NCBI GenBank assembly: GCA_018679695.1
Contig: JAHHKH010000254.1
Location: 199-64,198, forward strand
Length of the DNA: 64,000 nucleotides
DNA from: Maribacter sp.
Lineage (GTDB): Bacteria; Bacteroidota; Bacteroidia; Flavobacteriales; Flavobacteriaceae
Direction: 5' to 3'
Shown here: positions 10,267-21,300 of the stretch, piece after piece
Layout: every line of letters starts with the position of its first letter
Numbering within the stretch: position 1 is the stretch's first letter
Translations under genes and position numbers: made by a program
The notes under the pieces: generated by a model
What the model was told of the DNA's origin: nothing
The model's input: only the letters and a program-made list of their open reading frames with translations
Database searches by the model: none

Positions 10267-12693
10267 ATGGATTTAATCGTAAAGTTCTTACCTGCCTTCG
10301 GAATATTGGCTTTGATCTATGTCTTCATCAAAAGCAGTTGGGTGTCAAAACAGGAAGTTGGTAATGAAAAAATGGCAAATATTGCCAAGCATATTGCCGA
10401 TGGTGCAATGTCTTTTCTAAAAGCTGAATATAAAATACTATCAATCTTTGTAGTAGCTGTTGCCATTCTTCTTTTCTTTAAAGGAAGTAATGAAGTAGGT
10501 TCAAACGGAATGGTGGCCGTATCTTTTATAGTCGGTGCCATATGTTCCGCATTGGCCGGCTTTATAGGAATGAAAGTTGCGACGAAAGCGAATGTAAGAA
10601 CTACGAACGCCGCTCGAAATTCACTGGGAAAAGCTTTGGAGGTTGCCTTTGCCGGTGGATCGGTTATGGGTCTAGGTGTTGTAGGTTTAGGTGTTTTAGG
10701 CCTAAGCAGTTTGTTTATGGTTTATAGTGGACAAGGCTGGGAAATAGCTGAGGTTCTGAACGTTCTTTCCGGTTTCTCCCTAGGTGCTTCGTCTATAGCC
10801 TTATTTGCCCGTGTAGGTGGTGGTATTTATACCAAGGCTGCTGATGTAGGGGCCGACCTTGTTGGAAAGGTTGAAGCTGGTATTCCTGAGGATCATCCCT
10901 TGAACCCTGCTACCATTGCAGATAATGTTGGTGATAATGTTGGCGATGTTGCAGGTATGGGAGCTGACTTATTTGAATCCTATGTGGGTTCCATTATTGG
11001 TACTATGGTACTGGGAGCTGCCTTTACACAAATACCTGCCTTTGCAACTTCTTTTGATGGATTAGGTGCTGTTTATCTTCCATTGGTATTGGCTGCGATA
11101 GGTATTATAATGTCTATAATAGGCACCTTTTTTGTAAAAGTAAAGGACGGGGGTAATCCACAAACCGCATTGAACATTGGTGAATTCGGATCTGCTGGTT
11201 TAATGCTGGTTGCTTCTTATTTTATCATTACCAATATGTTACCTGAAACATGGAGTTTTAAGGGTACGGAATTTAATTCAATCGGGGTTTTCTATGCTGT
11301 TATTGCTGGTTTGGTTGCAGGCCTTGCTGTGGGTAAAGTAACCGAATACTATACCGGAACTGGTAAAAAACCTGTTAACTCAATCGTTCGCCAGTCAGAA
11401 ACCGGTGCTGCAACTACTATTATTGCTGGATTGGGTGTTGGTATGATGTCTACCATGATCCCTATACTCCTAATTGCTGCTGCGATATTGGTGTCTCACC
11501 ATTTTGCTGGATTGTACGGTATAGCTATCGCCGCTGTTGGGATGTTGGCCAATACCGGAATACAATTGGCTGTTGATGCTTACGGACCAATTTCCGATAA
11601 TGCAGGGGGTATTGCTGAAATGGCCGAATTGCCAAGTGAAGTCCGCGAGCGCACCGATAAATTGGATGCCGTTGGTAATACAACCGCTGCTATTGGAAAA
11701 GGTTTTGCGATTGCTTCGGCCGCATTAACCGCCTTGGCATTATTCGCTGCTTTTATGCAAACAGCAAATGTTGTGGCTATCGATGTTTCCAAACCAACCG
11801 TCATGGCAGGTTTATTAGTTGGTGGTATGTTACCTTTTGTGTTCTCCGCATTGTCTATGAATGCCGTAGGTAGAGCAGCAATGGCAATGATTGAGGAAGT
11901 TCGTCGTCAGTTTAAGGATATTCCCCAATTGAAAGCTGCCTTGGAAGTGATGAGGGCCGTCGATTCAGATATGTCAAAAGCAACCCCGGAACAGCGCGCA
12001 ATTTTTGATGCAGCAGATGGAGTTGCAGAATATGAAAAATGCGTTGAGATATCAACCAAAGCGTCTATTAAGGAGATGGTTTTGCCTGGTTTATTGGCAT
12101 TGGCCGTTCCTGTTGCTGTTGGCTTTATTGGAGGAGCTGAAATGCTCGGAGGTCTTTTAGCCGGTGTTACAACCGCTGGGGTCTTGATGGCTATATTTCA
12201 ATCTAATGCCGGTGGTGCTTGGGATAACGCTAAGAAGATGATAGAATCTGATGGTAGAAAAGGTACTGATGCACATAAAGCCGCTGTGGTAGGTGATACT
12301 GTAGGTGATCCTTTTAAAGATACCTCAGGGCCTTCCTTGAACATCCTTTTGAAATTAATGTCAGTTGTGGCCTTGGTCATTGCACCGAGTATTGCACTCT
12401 CTTCCGATGCTGTATCCTCTTATAATGAACAAAAAGCTGCGACTGAAATGGTGGCAGAAGCGGTTCAAAAAGAAGTAAGGGTCGAAATGAAAAAGAATGA
12501 GGACGGTACCGTAAATGCTACTGTGACCACAACTACAACCGAGAATGGCGAAGAATCTGTAAAAGAGGAAGTCTTTAGCGGAACGGAAGAGGAAGTAAGG
12601 GCAAAAGTTGAAGCTTATAAAGGTGATGCCTCTGATGTTAATATTAAAGTGAAAAAGGTTATTGAAGAAGTTGTCGAAGAAGAGGAAAACTAA
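10267..12693 (+). CDS. hppA: membrane-bound ion-translocating pyrophosphatase (K+-dependent subfamily signature) with acidic C-terminal extension
   Basis: 808 aa polytopic protein. [28 protein letters not shown] and [13 protein letters not shown] motifs; Ala after GNTT marks the K+-dependent type. The last ~100 aa are hydrophilic and acidic. Confidence 0.93.
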   Translation: MDLIVKFLPAFGILALIYVFIKSSWVSKQEVGNEKMANIAKHIADGAMSFLKAEYKILSIFVVAVAILLFFKGSNEVGSNGMVAVSFIVGAICSALAGFIGMKVATKANVRTTNAARNSLGKALEVAFAGGSVMGLGVVGLGVLGLSSLFMVYSGQGWEIAEVLNVLSGFSLGASSIALFARVGGGIYTKAADVGADLVGKVEAGIPEDHPLNPATIADNVGDNVGDVAGMGADLFESYVGSIIGTMVLGAAFTQIPAFATSFDGLGAVYLPLVLAAIGIIMSIIGTFFVKVKDGGNPQTALNIGEFGSAGLMLVASYFIITNMLPETWSFKGTEFNSIGVFYAVIAGLVAGLAVGKVTEYYTGTGKKPVNSIVRQSETGAATTIIAGLGVGMMSTMIPILLIAAAILVSHHFAGLYGIAIAAVGMLANTGIQLAVDAYGPISDNAGGIAEMAELPSEVRERTDKLDAVGNTTAAIGKGFAIASAALTALALFAAFMQTANVVAIDVSKPTVMAGLLVGGMLPFVFSALSMNAVGRAAMAMIEEVRRQFKDIPQLKAALEVMRAVDSDMSKATPEQRAIFDAADGVAEYEKCVEISTKASIKEMVLPGLLALAVPVAVGFIGGAEMLGGLLAGVTTAGVLMAIFQSNAGGAWDNAKKMIESDGRKGTDAHKAAVVGDTVGDPFKDTSGPSLNILLKLMSVVALVIAPSIALSSDAVSSYNEQKAATEMVAEAVQKEVRVEMKKNEDGTVNATVTTTTTENGEESVKEEVFSGTEEEVRAKVEAYKGDASDVNIKVKKVIEEVVEEEEN

Positions 12694-12711
12694 AACGAAT
12701 AGCACATCTAT

Positions 12712-12746
12712 AAAAACCCGCTATCTTATAATAGCGGGTTTTTTTG
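12712..12746. terminator. bidirectional intrinsic terminator
   Basis: 13-bp stem AAAAACCCGCTAT / ATAGCGGGTTTTT with loop CTTATA, between convergent hppA (ends 12693) and the TonB-like gene (ends 12748). Confidence 0.8.
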
Positions 12747-12747
12747 A

Positions 12748-13455
12748 TTATTGTAGTTTAAAAGTAATGGGAATACTGAAGGGAACTTTTACCGGTGTTC
12801 CCCTTTGTTTTCCGGGCTTCATTCTAGGGAGTTTGTTGATTATACGCTTGGCTTCAATTTCCAAGATCTGATCTGGTCCCCTAAGCTTAATATTTCCTAT
12901 ACTACCATCTTTTTGAATGGTAAACTGTGTATGTACTCTCCCTTGTATTCCCATTTCTTGTGCAATTTCCGGGTAGCGAATAATTTTACCGATGTGTTTA
13001 TTCATCATTTTCTGAAAACAGTCGCGTTTATCCTCTGCATGCTCACATCCGGGAAAAACAGGTGCCTCTTCAATTGAGATCCAGTCAATATGAACCTCGG
13101 GATCAACTTCAACATCAGGGATATCGCTTACTTCAATTACCGCAGTCTCTTGGTCTGGTTCAACTACCTCAAAATCGGTCTCCGGTTTATCATCCTCATC
13201 TGGCACTATATCAATGATCGCTGGCGTAATCGTAAGTGTTGGAGGTGGTAATTTAATTGGTATGACCAGCGGCAGTTCCTCAATCAATAACTCGTCAGGT
13301 ATGTTCATTCCTATATAATCATACTCAGTTTTGTCGTAGGTTTTCCACTCAAAAGCCACATAAGTCAATAGCATGACCAATACCAATCCTATTACAAAAT
13401 ACAGTCCGCTGTTTTTGTTCAAATCTCTTTTCGGATTCTTTTTTAATTCCATCAA
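12748..13455 (-). CDS. energy transducer TonB family protein
   Basis: 235 aa. N-terminal TM anchor, Pro/Asp/Glu-rich linker and C-terminal TonB_C-like domain (YPE.A...GI.G.V...F.I..DG.I). Confidence 0.75.
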   Translation of the reverse strand: MMELKKNPKRDLNKNSGLYFVIGLVLVMLLTYVAFEWKTYDKTEYDYIGMNIPDELLIEELPLVIPIKLPPPTLTITPAIIDIVPDEDDKPETDFEVVEPDQETAVIEVSDIPDVEVDPEVHIDWISIEEAPVFPGCEHAEDKRDCFQKMMNKHIGKIIRYPEIAQEMGIQGRVHTQFTIQKDGSIGNIKLRGPDQILEIEAKRIINKLPRMKPGKQRGTPVKVPFSIPITFKLQ

Positions 13456-13716
13456 TTACAAGTTTAGGCCTTTGCAAGGAAAGGCAAGGTTGAACATTCC
13501 GTTACTGTCCACTATCCGCATCCAAAATGGGAATAGCAGGTTTTTGGTTTATATAATTTGTTGTAATAAAACTACTATTTGTGGGCTACTTAAAAAATGT
13601 TGAATGAGGGAACGGGACCATGTAATGAGTGAAGACAACTTCGCAAATAGGCAACTAGTTATTAAACTAACTTAATAAACCCAAATTAAGTAGAGAAGCC
13701 GAGATACTAATGGTCA

Positions 13717-14427
13717 TTATTTTAGAAAGGTAAGTGAGGATTCTACCGGTAGTTCGTAAGCTTCCTTTTCTTTTTCAAAAATACGGGCACTTTGACCACC
13801 TCCCTTAAGTACTATTTCTTTATGCAGTACTCGAATCCAGCTACCTTCCCTCAGCCCTACTACTGGTGTTGAATTGAATTCATGGAATTCCTTGATACGG
13901 ATTTCCCTTGTTTCGCCCTTATGTGTTGAGTTGGGGTCGGGGTCTAAATAATGCGGGTTTATATTAAAGGGGATAATATCCAAGGTATCATAACTCGGTG
14001 GATACACAATGGGCATATCATTGGTCGTTTTTATGCAGGGCCCCATGATGTTACTGCCTGCACTGGTTCCTAGATAGGGGACACCACTTGAAACTACCTT
14101 GCCCAAGAACTGAATAAGGTGATGACGATATAATTCCGCGACAAGAACAAATGAGTTCCCACCCCCAATAAAGATGCCTTGTGCATTTTGTACTGCTGTA
14201 ATAGGATTCTTTAGGGTATGGATACCTACAATACTTTTACCAATGTTCTGGAAAGCATGTTGTGCAATTTGAGTATACTTTTCATGGGAAATCCCTCCTG
14301 GTCTGGCGTAGGGAATGAAAAGGATTTCGTCTGTGGCTTTGTATAAATCGGTAAGCGGATTAAACAAGTAGTCTAAATACCTACCGCCGTGTAAAGTTGA
14401 TGTACTTGCAAGTAGACAATTGGTCAT
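13717..14427 (-). CDS. pepE: dipeptidase E (peptidase S51)
   Basis: 236 aa. GGGN.F.L...L and GTSAGS nucleophile region of the S51 family. Confidence 0.8.
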   Translation of the reverse strand: MTNCLLASTSTLHGGRYLDYLFNPLTDLYKATDEILFIPYARPGGISHEKYTQIAQHAFQNIGKSIVGIHTLKNPITAVQNAQGIFIGGGNSFVLVAELYRHHLIQFLGKVVSSGVPYLGTSAGSNIMGPCIKTTNDMPIVYPPSYDTLDIIPFNINPHYLDPDPNSTHKGETREIRIKEFHEFNSTPVVGLREGSWIRVLHKEIVLKGGGQSARIFEKEKEAYELPVESSLTFLK

Positions 14428-14439
14428 AACCTGAAATTG

Positions 14440-15054
14440 TTAGAATAAACCATGTATTTGGGCATCGATTTTGTTGATAACTTCGCCAAGGTCTTCAGGG
14501 TTATCCACAAAATCCAAATTGTCAACATCGATAATCAAGAGGTTTCCTTTTTCATAACCATGGATCCAGGCCTCGTATCGCTCATTCAATCGACTCAAAT
14601 AATCAATTGAAATCGAATTTTCGTAATCCCGTCCACGCTTGTGTATTTGATTCACCAAGTTGGGTATTGAACTTCTGAGATAAATTAAGAGATCAGGGGG
14701 TTGTACCAAACTTTCCATCAATTCGAACAAGCTTGAATAGTTATTGAAATCCCTATTGGTCATCAAACCCATGGCATGTAAATTGGGGGCAAAAATATAA
14801 GCATCTTCATAGATGGTCCGGTCCTGGATAATATTTTTACCACTTTCCCTGAACTTGAGTACCTGACGATATCTATGGTTCAGGAAATATATTTGAAGAT
14901 TAAAACTCCATCTTTCCATCTGATTATAAAAATCATCCAAATATGGATTATCGACTACATCTTCATAATGCGCTTCCCATTTATAGTGCTTTGCAAGTAA
15001 TTTTGTAAGTGTGGTCTTTCCGGCGCCAATGTTTCCTGCAACGGCAATATGCAT
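14440..15054 (-). CDS. deoxynucleoside kinase
   Basis: 204 aa. P-loop GNIGAGKTT, ...ER and DR..YED motifs of the dNK/dCK/dGK family. Confidence 0.85.
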   Translation of the reverse strand: MHIAVAGNIGAGKTTLTKLLAKHYKWEAHYEDVVDNPYLDDFYNQMERWSFNLQIYFLNHRYRQVLKFRESGKNIIQDRTIYEDAYIFAPNLHAMGLMTNRDFNNYSSLFELMESLVQPPDLLIYLRSSIPNLVNQIHKRGRDYENSISIDYLSRLNERYEAWIHGYEKGNLLIIDVDNLDFVDNPEDLGEVINKIDAQIHGLF

Positions 15055-15201
15055 GCTGAAAATGTCTTTTCGGTTAGGTTATACGTCTATTAAATAGAAT
15101 GTAGCAATATACAAAGTATATCGAGTAAGAGAAAAAAATTAAGGTGAAATACATCCTAAAACATTATGATCTTAAAAATTTTTATTTCTTGATGAAATAT
15201 G

Positions 15202-15209
15202 TATTTTTG
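15202..15209 (+). promoter_or_regulatory. candidate -7 promoter box (TATTTTTG) for metK
   Basis: Exact TAnnTTTG match. It implies a 5' leader of about 190 nt before the metK ATG at 15407. Confidence 0.45.
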
Positions 15210-15237
15210 TCTTCAATCTAACGAGGAAAGATTTGAC

Positions 15238-15374
15238 TGATTGCAACCTCGAAGTCCTGAGTATTTTTAGGACCTGGCTTTTAAAGTAAGATACTGAAAC
15301 AAGTTCAGTATTTCAAAAAATGCTAAAGCAGTAACTACTGAAATACTTCAGTGTTATCACTTCGATTGCAATCA
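15238..15374 (+). promoter_or_regulatory. structured metK 5' leader: long-range helix enclosing three hairpins (candidate cis-regulatory RNA, or paired palindromic operator sites)
   Basis: TGATTGCAA..CGAAG (15238-15254) is complementary to CTTCG.TTGCAATCA (15360-15374). Enclosed hairpins lie at 15254-15273, 15291-15311 (8 bp) and 15337-15352 (6 bp). The SAM-I core motifs seen elsewhere in the window are absent. Confidence 0.35.
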
Positions 15375-15406
15375 CCTTTATTTTCCCTCTTACTTAATTA
15401 AATGAT

Positions 15407-16663
15407 ATGGCATATTTATTTACATCAGAATCTGTAAGTGAAGGGCATCCAGACAAGGTGGCCGATCAAATTAGTGATGCATTATTAGATCATTTTTTGG
15501 CTTTTGACCCCGAAAGTAAAGTAGCATGCGAGACCTTGGTCACGACGGGGCAGGTCGTTTTGGCAGGTGAGGTGAAGAGCCATACCTACCTCGATGTTCA
15601 AAATATTGCCAGACAGGTAATCAATACTATTGGCTATACTAAAGGTGAATACCAATTTAGTGGGGATTCTTGCGGAGTTATTTCGTTGATCCATGAACAA
15701 TCCCAAGATATTAACCAAGGAGTTGATAGAGGTTCTAAAGAGGAACAAGGGGCCGGTGACCAGGGAATGATGTTCGGGTATGCTACGAACGAAACTGAAA
15801 ATTATATGCCTTTGGCATTGGATATTTCGCATAGAATATTAATGGTCCTGGCAGAATTAAGAAGGGAAAACAATGAAATACCCTACCTCAGACCCGATGC
15901 GAAGTCTCAGGTGACTATAGAATATTCTGATGAAAATGTTCCACAACGCATAGATACCATTGTGGTTTCCACACAACACGATCCATTCGATGCCGATGAT
16001 GACAAAATGCTAGCCAAGATCAAGAAGGATATCATTTCTATATTAATCCCAAGAGTAGTGGCTGACCTACCCAAAAGTGATCAGGCATTGTTCAATGATC
16101 AAATAAAATATCATATCAACCCTACTGGGAAATTCGTAATTGGCGGACCTCATGGAGATACTGGTCTAACAGGTAGAAAGATTATTGTTGATACCTATGG
16201 GGGCAAAGGCGCACATGGTGGTGGTGCCTTTAGTGGAAAAGATCCAAGCAAGGTAGATCGTAGTGCTGCCTATGCGGCACGCCATGTAGCCAAGAATCTA
16301 GTTGCGGCAGGAGTTGCAGATGAGATTTTAGTGCAGGTAAGTTATGCGATTGGGGTAGTTGAACCAACCTCGATTTTTGTGAATACCTATGGTACCTCAA
16401 AAATTGATTATTCCGATGGCGAAATTGCTCAAATCATTTCACAATTATTTGATATGCGCCCATTTGCCATTGAAGAACGTTTAAAATTGAGGAACCCCAT
16501 CTATTTGGAAACCGCAGCTTATGGTCACATGGGCAAAGACCCCAGAAAGGTGACAAAGGTTTTTGAATCGCCCTATAATGGCAGGGTTGAAATGGAATTG
16601 GAACTTTTTACTTGGGAGAAGTTAGATATGGTCGATGCGGTTAAATCAGCTTTCAAAATGTAA
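15407..16663 (+). CDS. metK: S-adenosylmethionine synthetase
   Basis: 418 aa. [24 protein letters not shown] and GGGAFSGKD motifs. Confidence 0.97.
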   Translation: MAYLFTSESVSEGHPDKVADQISDALLDHFLAFDPESKVACETLVTTGQVVLAGEVKSHTYLDVQNIARQVINTIGYTKGEYQFSGDSCGVISLIHEQSQDINQGVDRGSKEEQGAGDQGMMFGYATNETENYMPLALDISHRILMVLAELRRENNEIPYLRPDAKSQVTIEYSDENVPQRIDTIVVSTQHDPFDADDDKMLAKIKKDIISILIPRVVADLPKSDQALFNDQIKYHINPTGKFVIGGPHGDTGLTGRKIIVDTYGGKGAHGGGAFSGKDPSKVDRSAAYAARHVAKNLVAAGVADEILVQVSYAIGVVEPTSIFVNTYGTSKIDYSDGEIAQIISQLFDMRPFAIEERLKLRNPIYLETAAYGHMGKDPRKVTKVFESPYNGRVEMELELFTWEKLDMVDAVKSAFKM

Positions 16664-16703
16664 TTAGTGCCAAAAAGATTAGGAAAAACCAAAATTGCGG
16701 CCT

Positions 16704-16711
16704 TATATTTG
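16704..16711 (+). promoter_or_regulatory. candidate -7 promoter box (TATATTTG) ahead of the SAM riboswitch
   Basis: Exact TAnnTTTG match about 30 nt upstream of the riboswitch P1 helix. Confidence 0.45.
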
Positions 16712-16741
16712 TCGCTCAAAAGTTCAAACACATATTGAATG

Positions 16742-16847
16742 GTTATCAAGAAAGGTGGAGGGAATAGACCCTATGAAGCCTTAGCAACCCTTTGTATCCC
16801 TCAAAGAAGGTGCTAAATTCTATCACGCCGTTTGTGTGACAGATAAC
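16742..16847 (+). promoter_or_regulatory. SAM-I (S-box) riboswitch upstream of the metY operon
   Basis: GTTATCAAGAAAGGTGGAGGGAATAGACCCTATGAAGCC..GCAACC...AAGGTGCTAAATTCTATCAC...AGATAAC matches the S-box core, with P1 as GTTATC/GATAAC. A weak hairpin plus T-tract at 16854-16885 could be the expression platform. Confidence 0.9.
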
Positions 16848-16971
16848 GAAACGAATTGCCTAATGGTAATTGTCTCTTTCTTTTTAACTTTTTGATTATT
16901 CCATGTTGCCAAAGGTAACATAGGTACCAGTGTTTTGATTTATTTTAGTATTAATTAAAAAAATTAAAATC

Positions 16972-18264
16972 ATGAGTAATCAAAAATTTGCTACCAACGC
17001 CCTTCATGCTGGGCACGATACGAGTGCTAACGGTGGTACCCGAGCGGTGCCAATTTACCAGAGTACCGCATTTGTATTTAACGATTCCGATCATGCGGCC
17101 AACCTATTTTCACTGGCTGAAACCGGTAATATTTATACTAGGATCAATAATCCTACCAATGATATTTTAGAGCAACGCTTGGCTGCTTTAGAAGGTGGAA
17201 TTGCTTCGGTTGTTACTGCTTCGGGCACTGCTGCCATCTCTACTGCACTTCTGGTGCTATTAAAATCAGGGGATCACATTGTAGCCTCGAATAGTTTATA
17301 TGGGGGCACCTATAACTTATTGAATGTTACATTACCGAGATTGGGCATCACCACCACATTTGTGAATCCTGAAGACCCAAACAATTTTGGTGCTGCGGTT
17401 CAGGAAAACACAAGAGCCATTTTTGTGGAATCATTGGGGAATCCAAAATTGGATGTATTGGATTTAAAGGCCATATCCGGTCAGGCGAAAGCTGCTAGAG
17501 TTCCTTTTATTGTCGACAATACTGTAGCAACTCCTGCATTATTGAATCCCATTGAGCACGGGGCCAACATTGTCATACATTCATTGACCAAATATATCAA
17601 CGGTAATGGTACTGCATTGGGTGGGGCCATTATAGATGCTGGCACCTTTGATTATGGTAATGGCAAATTCCAGGAATTTACCCAACCTTCAGCAGGATAT
17701 CACGGATTGGTGTATCACGAGGTTTTGGGACCAGCTGCTTTTATCGCCAAGGTTCGTATTGAAGGGTTACGGGATCATGGGGCTGCTTTGAGTCCATTCA
17801 ATGCGTTTCAGATTATCCAAGGATTGGAGACCTTGGAAGTACGAATAAAAAAGCACAGTGAAAATGCATTGGCATTGGCACAATGGCTAGAAAGCAGGGA
17901 CGAGGTAGTTTGGGTAAATTATCCCGGTTTAAAGTCAAGCAACTATTTTGCGCAGGCCCAAGCCTATTTGCCTAAAGGGCAGAGTGGTATTGTAACATTT
18001 GGTGTAAAAGGAGGCTATGATTCTGCAAAGAAAATAGCCGATAACACTAGGTTATTTTCATTATTGGCAAATATAGGGGATACAAAATCACTGATTATCC
18101 ATCCGGCGAGTACTACACATCAACAGTTGGATGATGCTGCACAAATAGCAACAGGGGTATCAAAAGATCTGATTCGATTATCGGTGGGGTTAGAGAATAT
18201 TAAGGACCTTAAGGCCGATTTGGAAGAAGCTTTTGCGACAATAGATAAGTCGGTTTTAATATAA
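16972..18264 (+). CDS. metY: O-acetylhomoserine aminocarboxypropyltransferase / sulfhydrylase (PLP-dependent)
   Basis: 430 aa Cys/Met-metabolism PLP enzyme. The HSLTKY..G.G PLP-lysine region and overall length fit OAH sulfhydrylase. Confidence 0.9.
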   Translation: MSNQKFATNALHAGHDTSANGGTRAVPIYQSTAFVFNDSDHAANLFSLAETGNIYTRINNPTNDILEQRLAALEGGIASVVTASGTAAISTALLVLLKSGDHIVASNSLYGGTYNLLNVTLPRLGITTTFVNPEDPNNFGAAVQENTRAIFVESLGNPKLDVLDLKAISGQAKAARVPFIVDNTVATPALLNPIEHGANIVIHSLTKYINGNGTALGGAIIDAGTFDYGNGKFQEFTQPSAGYHGLVYHEVLGPAAFIAKVRIEGLRDHGAALSPFNAFQIIQGLETLEVRIKKHSENALALAQWLESRDEVVWVNYPGLKSSNYFAQAQAYLPKGQSGIVTFGVKGGYDSAKKIADNTRLFSLLANIGDTKSLIIHPASTTHQQLDDAAQIATGVSKDLIRLSVGLENIKDLKADLEEAFATIDKSVLI

Positions 18265-18323
18265 ATTAATTACGCTCTGGCCGAATTGGCTTAAGGGAGC
18301 ATGTATTATTTAGTACGTTGACG

Positions 18324-21300
18324 ATGTTACATCAACTAGAAATAAAAAACTATAAAACTTTAAGTGGGGTTACACAGGATATTTCTTTGTCCTATCAGCT
18401 CTTTGGGAAACCACTTCATAAAGCTCCCGTTGTTTTGGTGAACCATGCTCTGACTGGCAATTCAAATGTCACTGGTCTCGATGGTTGGTGGTCGGCTCTT
18501 GTTGGTGAGGGCAAATGTATTGACACCAACAAATACACAATCATGGCCTTTAATATTCCTGGAAATGGATATGATGGATTTGAAATTGAAAACTATAAGG
18601 ATTTTGTAGCCGGCGATATTGCCAAGCTCTTTTTGTTAGGAATTAAAGAGTTGAACATTCAAAAACTATTTGCTATAATAGGGGGGTCTTTAGGTGGTGG
18701 TATTGCCTGGGAAATGGCCGCTTTGGATCCTGCTGTGACAACGCATTTGATTCCGGTTGCCTCTGACTGGAAGTCAACCGACTGGCTTATTGCCAATTGT
18801 CAAATTCAAGAGCAGTTCTTAACGAATTCCAAGCAACCTGTTCATGACGCCCGTATGCACGCTATGTTGTGTTATCGCACCCCTGAATCATTTAAAGAGC
18901 GATTTAAAAGAAGTACCAACGAAGAACTTCAGATTTTTAATGTTGAAAGTTGGTTGATGCATCATGGTGAAAAATTAAAGGACCGTTTTCAATTATCGGC
19001 TTATAAATTAATGAACCAATTATTGAAGACCATCGATATTACCCGTAGTGGTGAATCGGCCTTTGTTGATCTTCAGAATAGCGATACGAACATTCATATT
19101 ATTGGTGTTGATTCCGATCTCTTTTTTACGGCTAATGAAAACAAGGAGACCTTTAAGCAATTGGCACAGGCCAAAAGTAACGTGACTTATGGTGAAGTAC
19201 AGTCATTACATGGGCACGACGCCTTTTTAATTGAGTTTGAGCAAATGCAAAAACTCCTAAATGGTATTTTCAATACCAATGGAAAGACTGAACGAATAAA
19301 AATCCTGAAGTTTGGAGGACGCTCATTGAGTAACGGTGAAGGCTTAGGACATGTTTTAGAAATAATTGTAAAGAAGGTCAATGATGGAGAAAATATAGCG
19401 GTGGTCTTGTCAGCCAGGGAAAAGGCTACCGATCAACTCGAGACAATGTTGGAAAAAGCAGCTCGAGGTGAGGATTACTCCGAGGATTTTACGGCTTTCG
19501 AGAATTATCAGACCCATACCTTTAAAAATGTAAATCTTGCCACTGAGTACGAAGCCCTGTTCAAACTCTTCGAAGGGGTTTCATTATTGGGTGATTACAG
19601 TGCGAAAATCAAAGATCAAGTCTTGGCCTTTGGTGAGATTATTTCGGCTAAATTGATTACAAAACTACTTATTGGTAAAGGAATCAATGCCAAATGGATG
19701 GACTCCCGAAAATTGATAAAAACAGATGATACTTTTGGCGATGCCCATGTAATTGAAGGAGTATCAAAAGAAAATGTGTTACGCGAATTTGCAGATTTAA
19801 GCCATGATGTGGTTCCTATCATTACTGGATTTATTGCCTCGACCATCGAAAATGAAACCACCACCTTGGGCAGAAATGGCAGTAATTATTCAGCTGCTAT
19901 GTTGGCCAATTATCTAGACGCCGAGGAATTGCAAAACTATACCCATGTTGATGGAATTTTTACGGCAAATCCCGACTATGTGGCCGAGGCGAAGCGAATA
20001 TCGGAACTCTCCTATAGTGAAGCCAATGAATTAGCGAATTTTGGCACAACCATCTTGCATGCCAAGACCATAATTCCATTAATTGAGAAAAATATTCCGT
20101 TACGAATATTGAACACTTTCAATAGCGATAATGAAGGAACGCTAATCAGTGCCAAATCCAATAAAGAAGGTATAAAATCATTATCGGTTATTGACAATGT
20201 GGCACTGATAAATCTGGAAGGTCGCGGATTACTCGGTAAGGTGGGTGTCGATGCAAGGATATTCAAATCACTGGGAGACAATAATATCAGTGTGAGTATT
20301 GTTTCCCAAGGTTCTTCTGAACGGGGCATTGGTTTGGTTGTAAATGCGAAGAACGCACTTCGGGCAAAAATAGCCCTTGATCGTGAGTTTACCAGTGATT
20401 ATCAATCCAAGGATATCAATAGGATTACGGTCGTCAAGGACGTATCGGTCATTTCAATTGTTGGTCAAGATTTGAGCACCTTTCACAAACCGTACAACTC
20501 ATTGATCAAAAACCAGATTGTACCGCTGCTATTCAATAACACGGTCACCGGAAGGAATGTAAGTTTGGTCGTCAAAAAATCTGATTTGCACAAAGCATTG
20601 AATGTTATACATGGACAGATTTTCGGCATTAGTAAGAAGGTGAATGTGGCAGTCTTTGGCCACGGTAACGTCGGCGGTACATTGATCGACCAAATTTTGA
20701 AATCGTCAAAAACCATTGAAAAACGAAAAGGGCTTGATCTCAATGTGTTCGCTTTGGCAAATTCCAAAAAGGTTTTACTGAATGAGAAAGGAATTTCCAA
20801 GAATTGGAAAACAGCCATAAAGGAAAAAGGCATTGATTATAAAATCTCTGATATTTTTGCCTTCGCCAAAAAACATCATTTTGAGAATCTAATAGCAGTT
20901 GATAATACGGCAAGTGAGGATTTTGTAGCCCACTATTTTGAATTTGTGGAGAATGGGTTCGATTTGGTTTCCTCCAATAAAATAGCGAATACCCTAGGCT
21001 ATGACTACTACCAATTGTTAAGGGGGGAATTGACCAAATATCAAAAACAATATTTATACGAGACGAATGTTGGTGCTGGTCTACCGTTAATAGATACTAT
21101 TAAGTTATTGCACTTGTCTGGCGAAAATATTACGCGTATCAAAGGAGTTTTTTCAGGATCATTAAGTTATATTTTCAATACCTTTTCAGAGGTGAACGCC
21201 CCATTTACAAGCATTCTCAAAGATGCAATGAACAAAGGTTTTACTGAACCAGATCCTCGGGAGGATTTATCGGGCAACGATGTTGGTAGAAAATTATTGA

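Noticed and set aside
12361-12705. 114-aa minus-strand ORF antisense to the 3' end of hppA. Many similar antisense ORFs lie inside long genes, e.g. 5039-5425, 28031-28447, 37212-37658, 54853-55239 and 47888-48268.
   Set aside because: These are shadow ORFs fully embedded in strongly supported genes on the opposite strand. They have low-complexity or unrecognisable sequences and no independent start or terminator signals.
13373-13603. 76-aa plus-strand ORF in the TonB-pepE spacer
   Set aside because: It overlaps the TonB start on the opposite strand. It has no recognisable motifs or promoter box, and its composition is typical of AT-rich spacer translation.
15086-15098. Perfect palindrome TCTATTaAATAGA sharing the 10-mer TCTATTAAAT with the cys boxes, between the deoxynucleoside kinase gene and metK
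   Set aside because: The half-site spacing (1 nt) differs from the cys boxes (5 nt) and the region is very AT-rich, so chance resemblance is plausible. It would become interesting only if the Rrf2 protein binds it.
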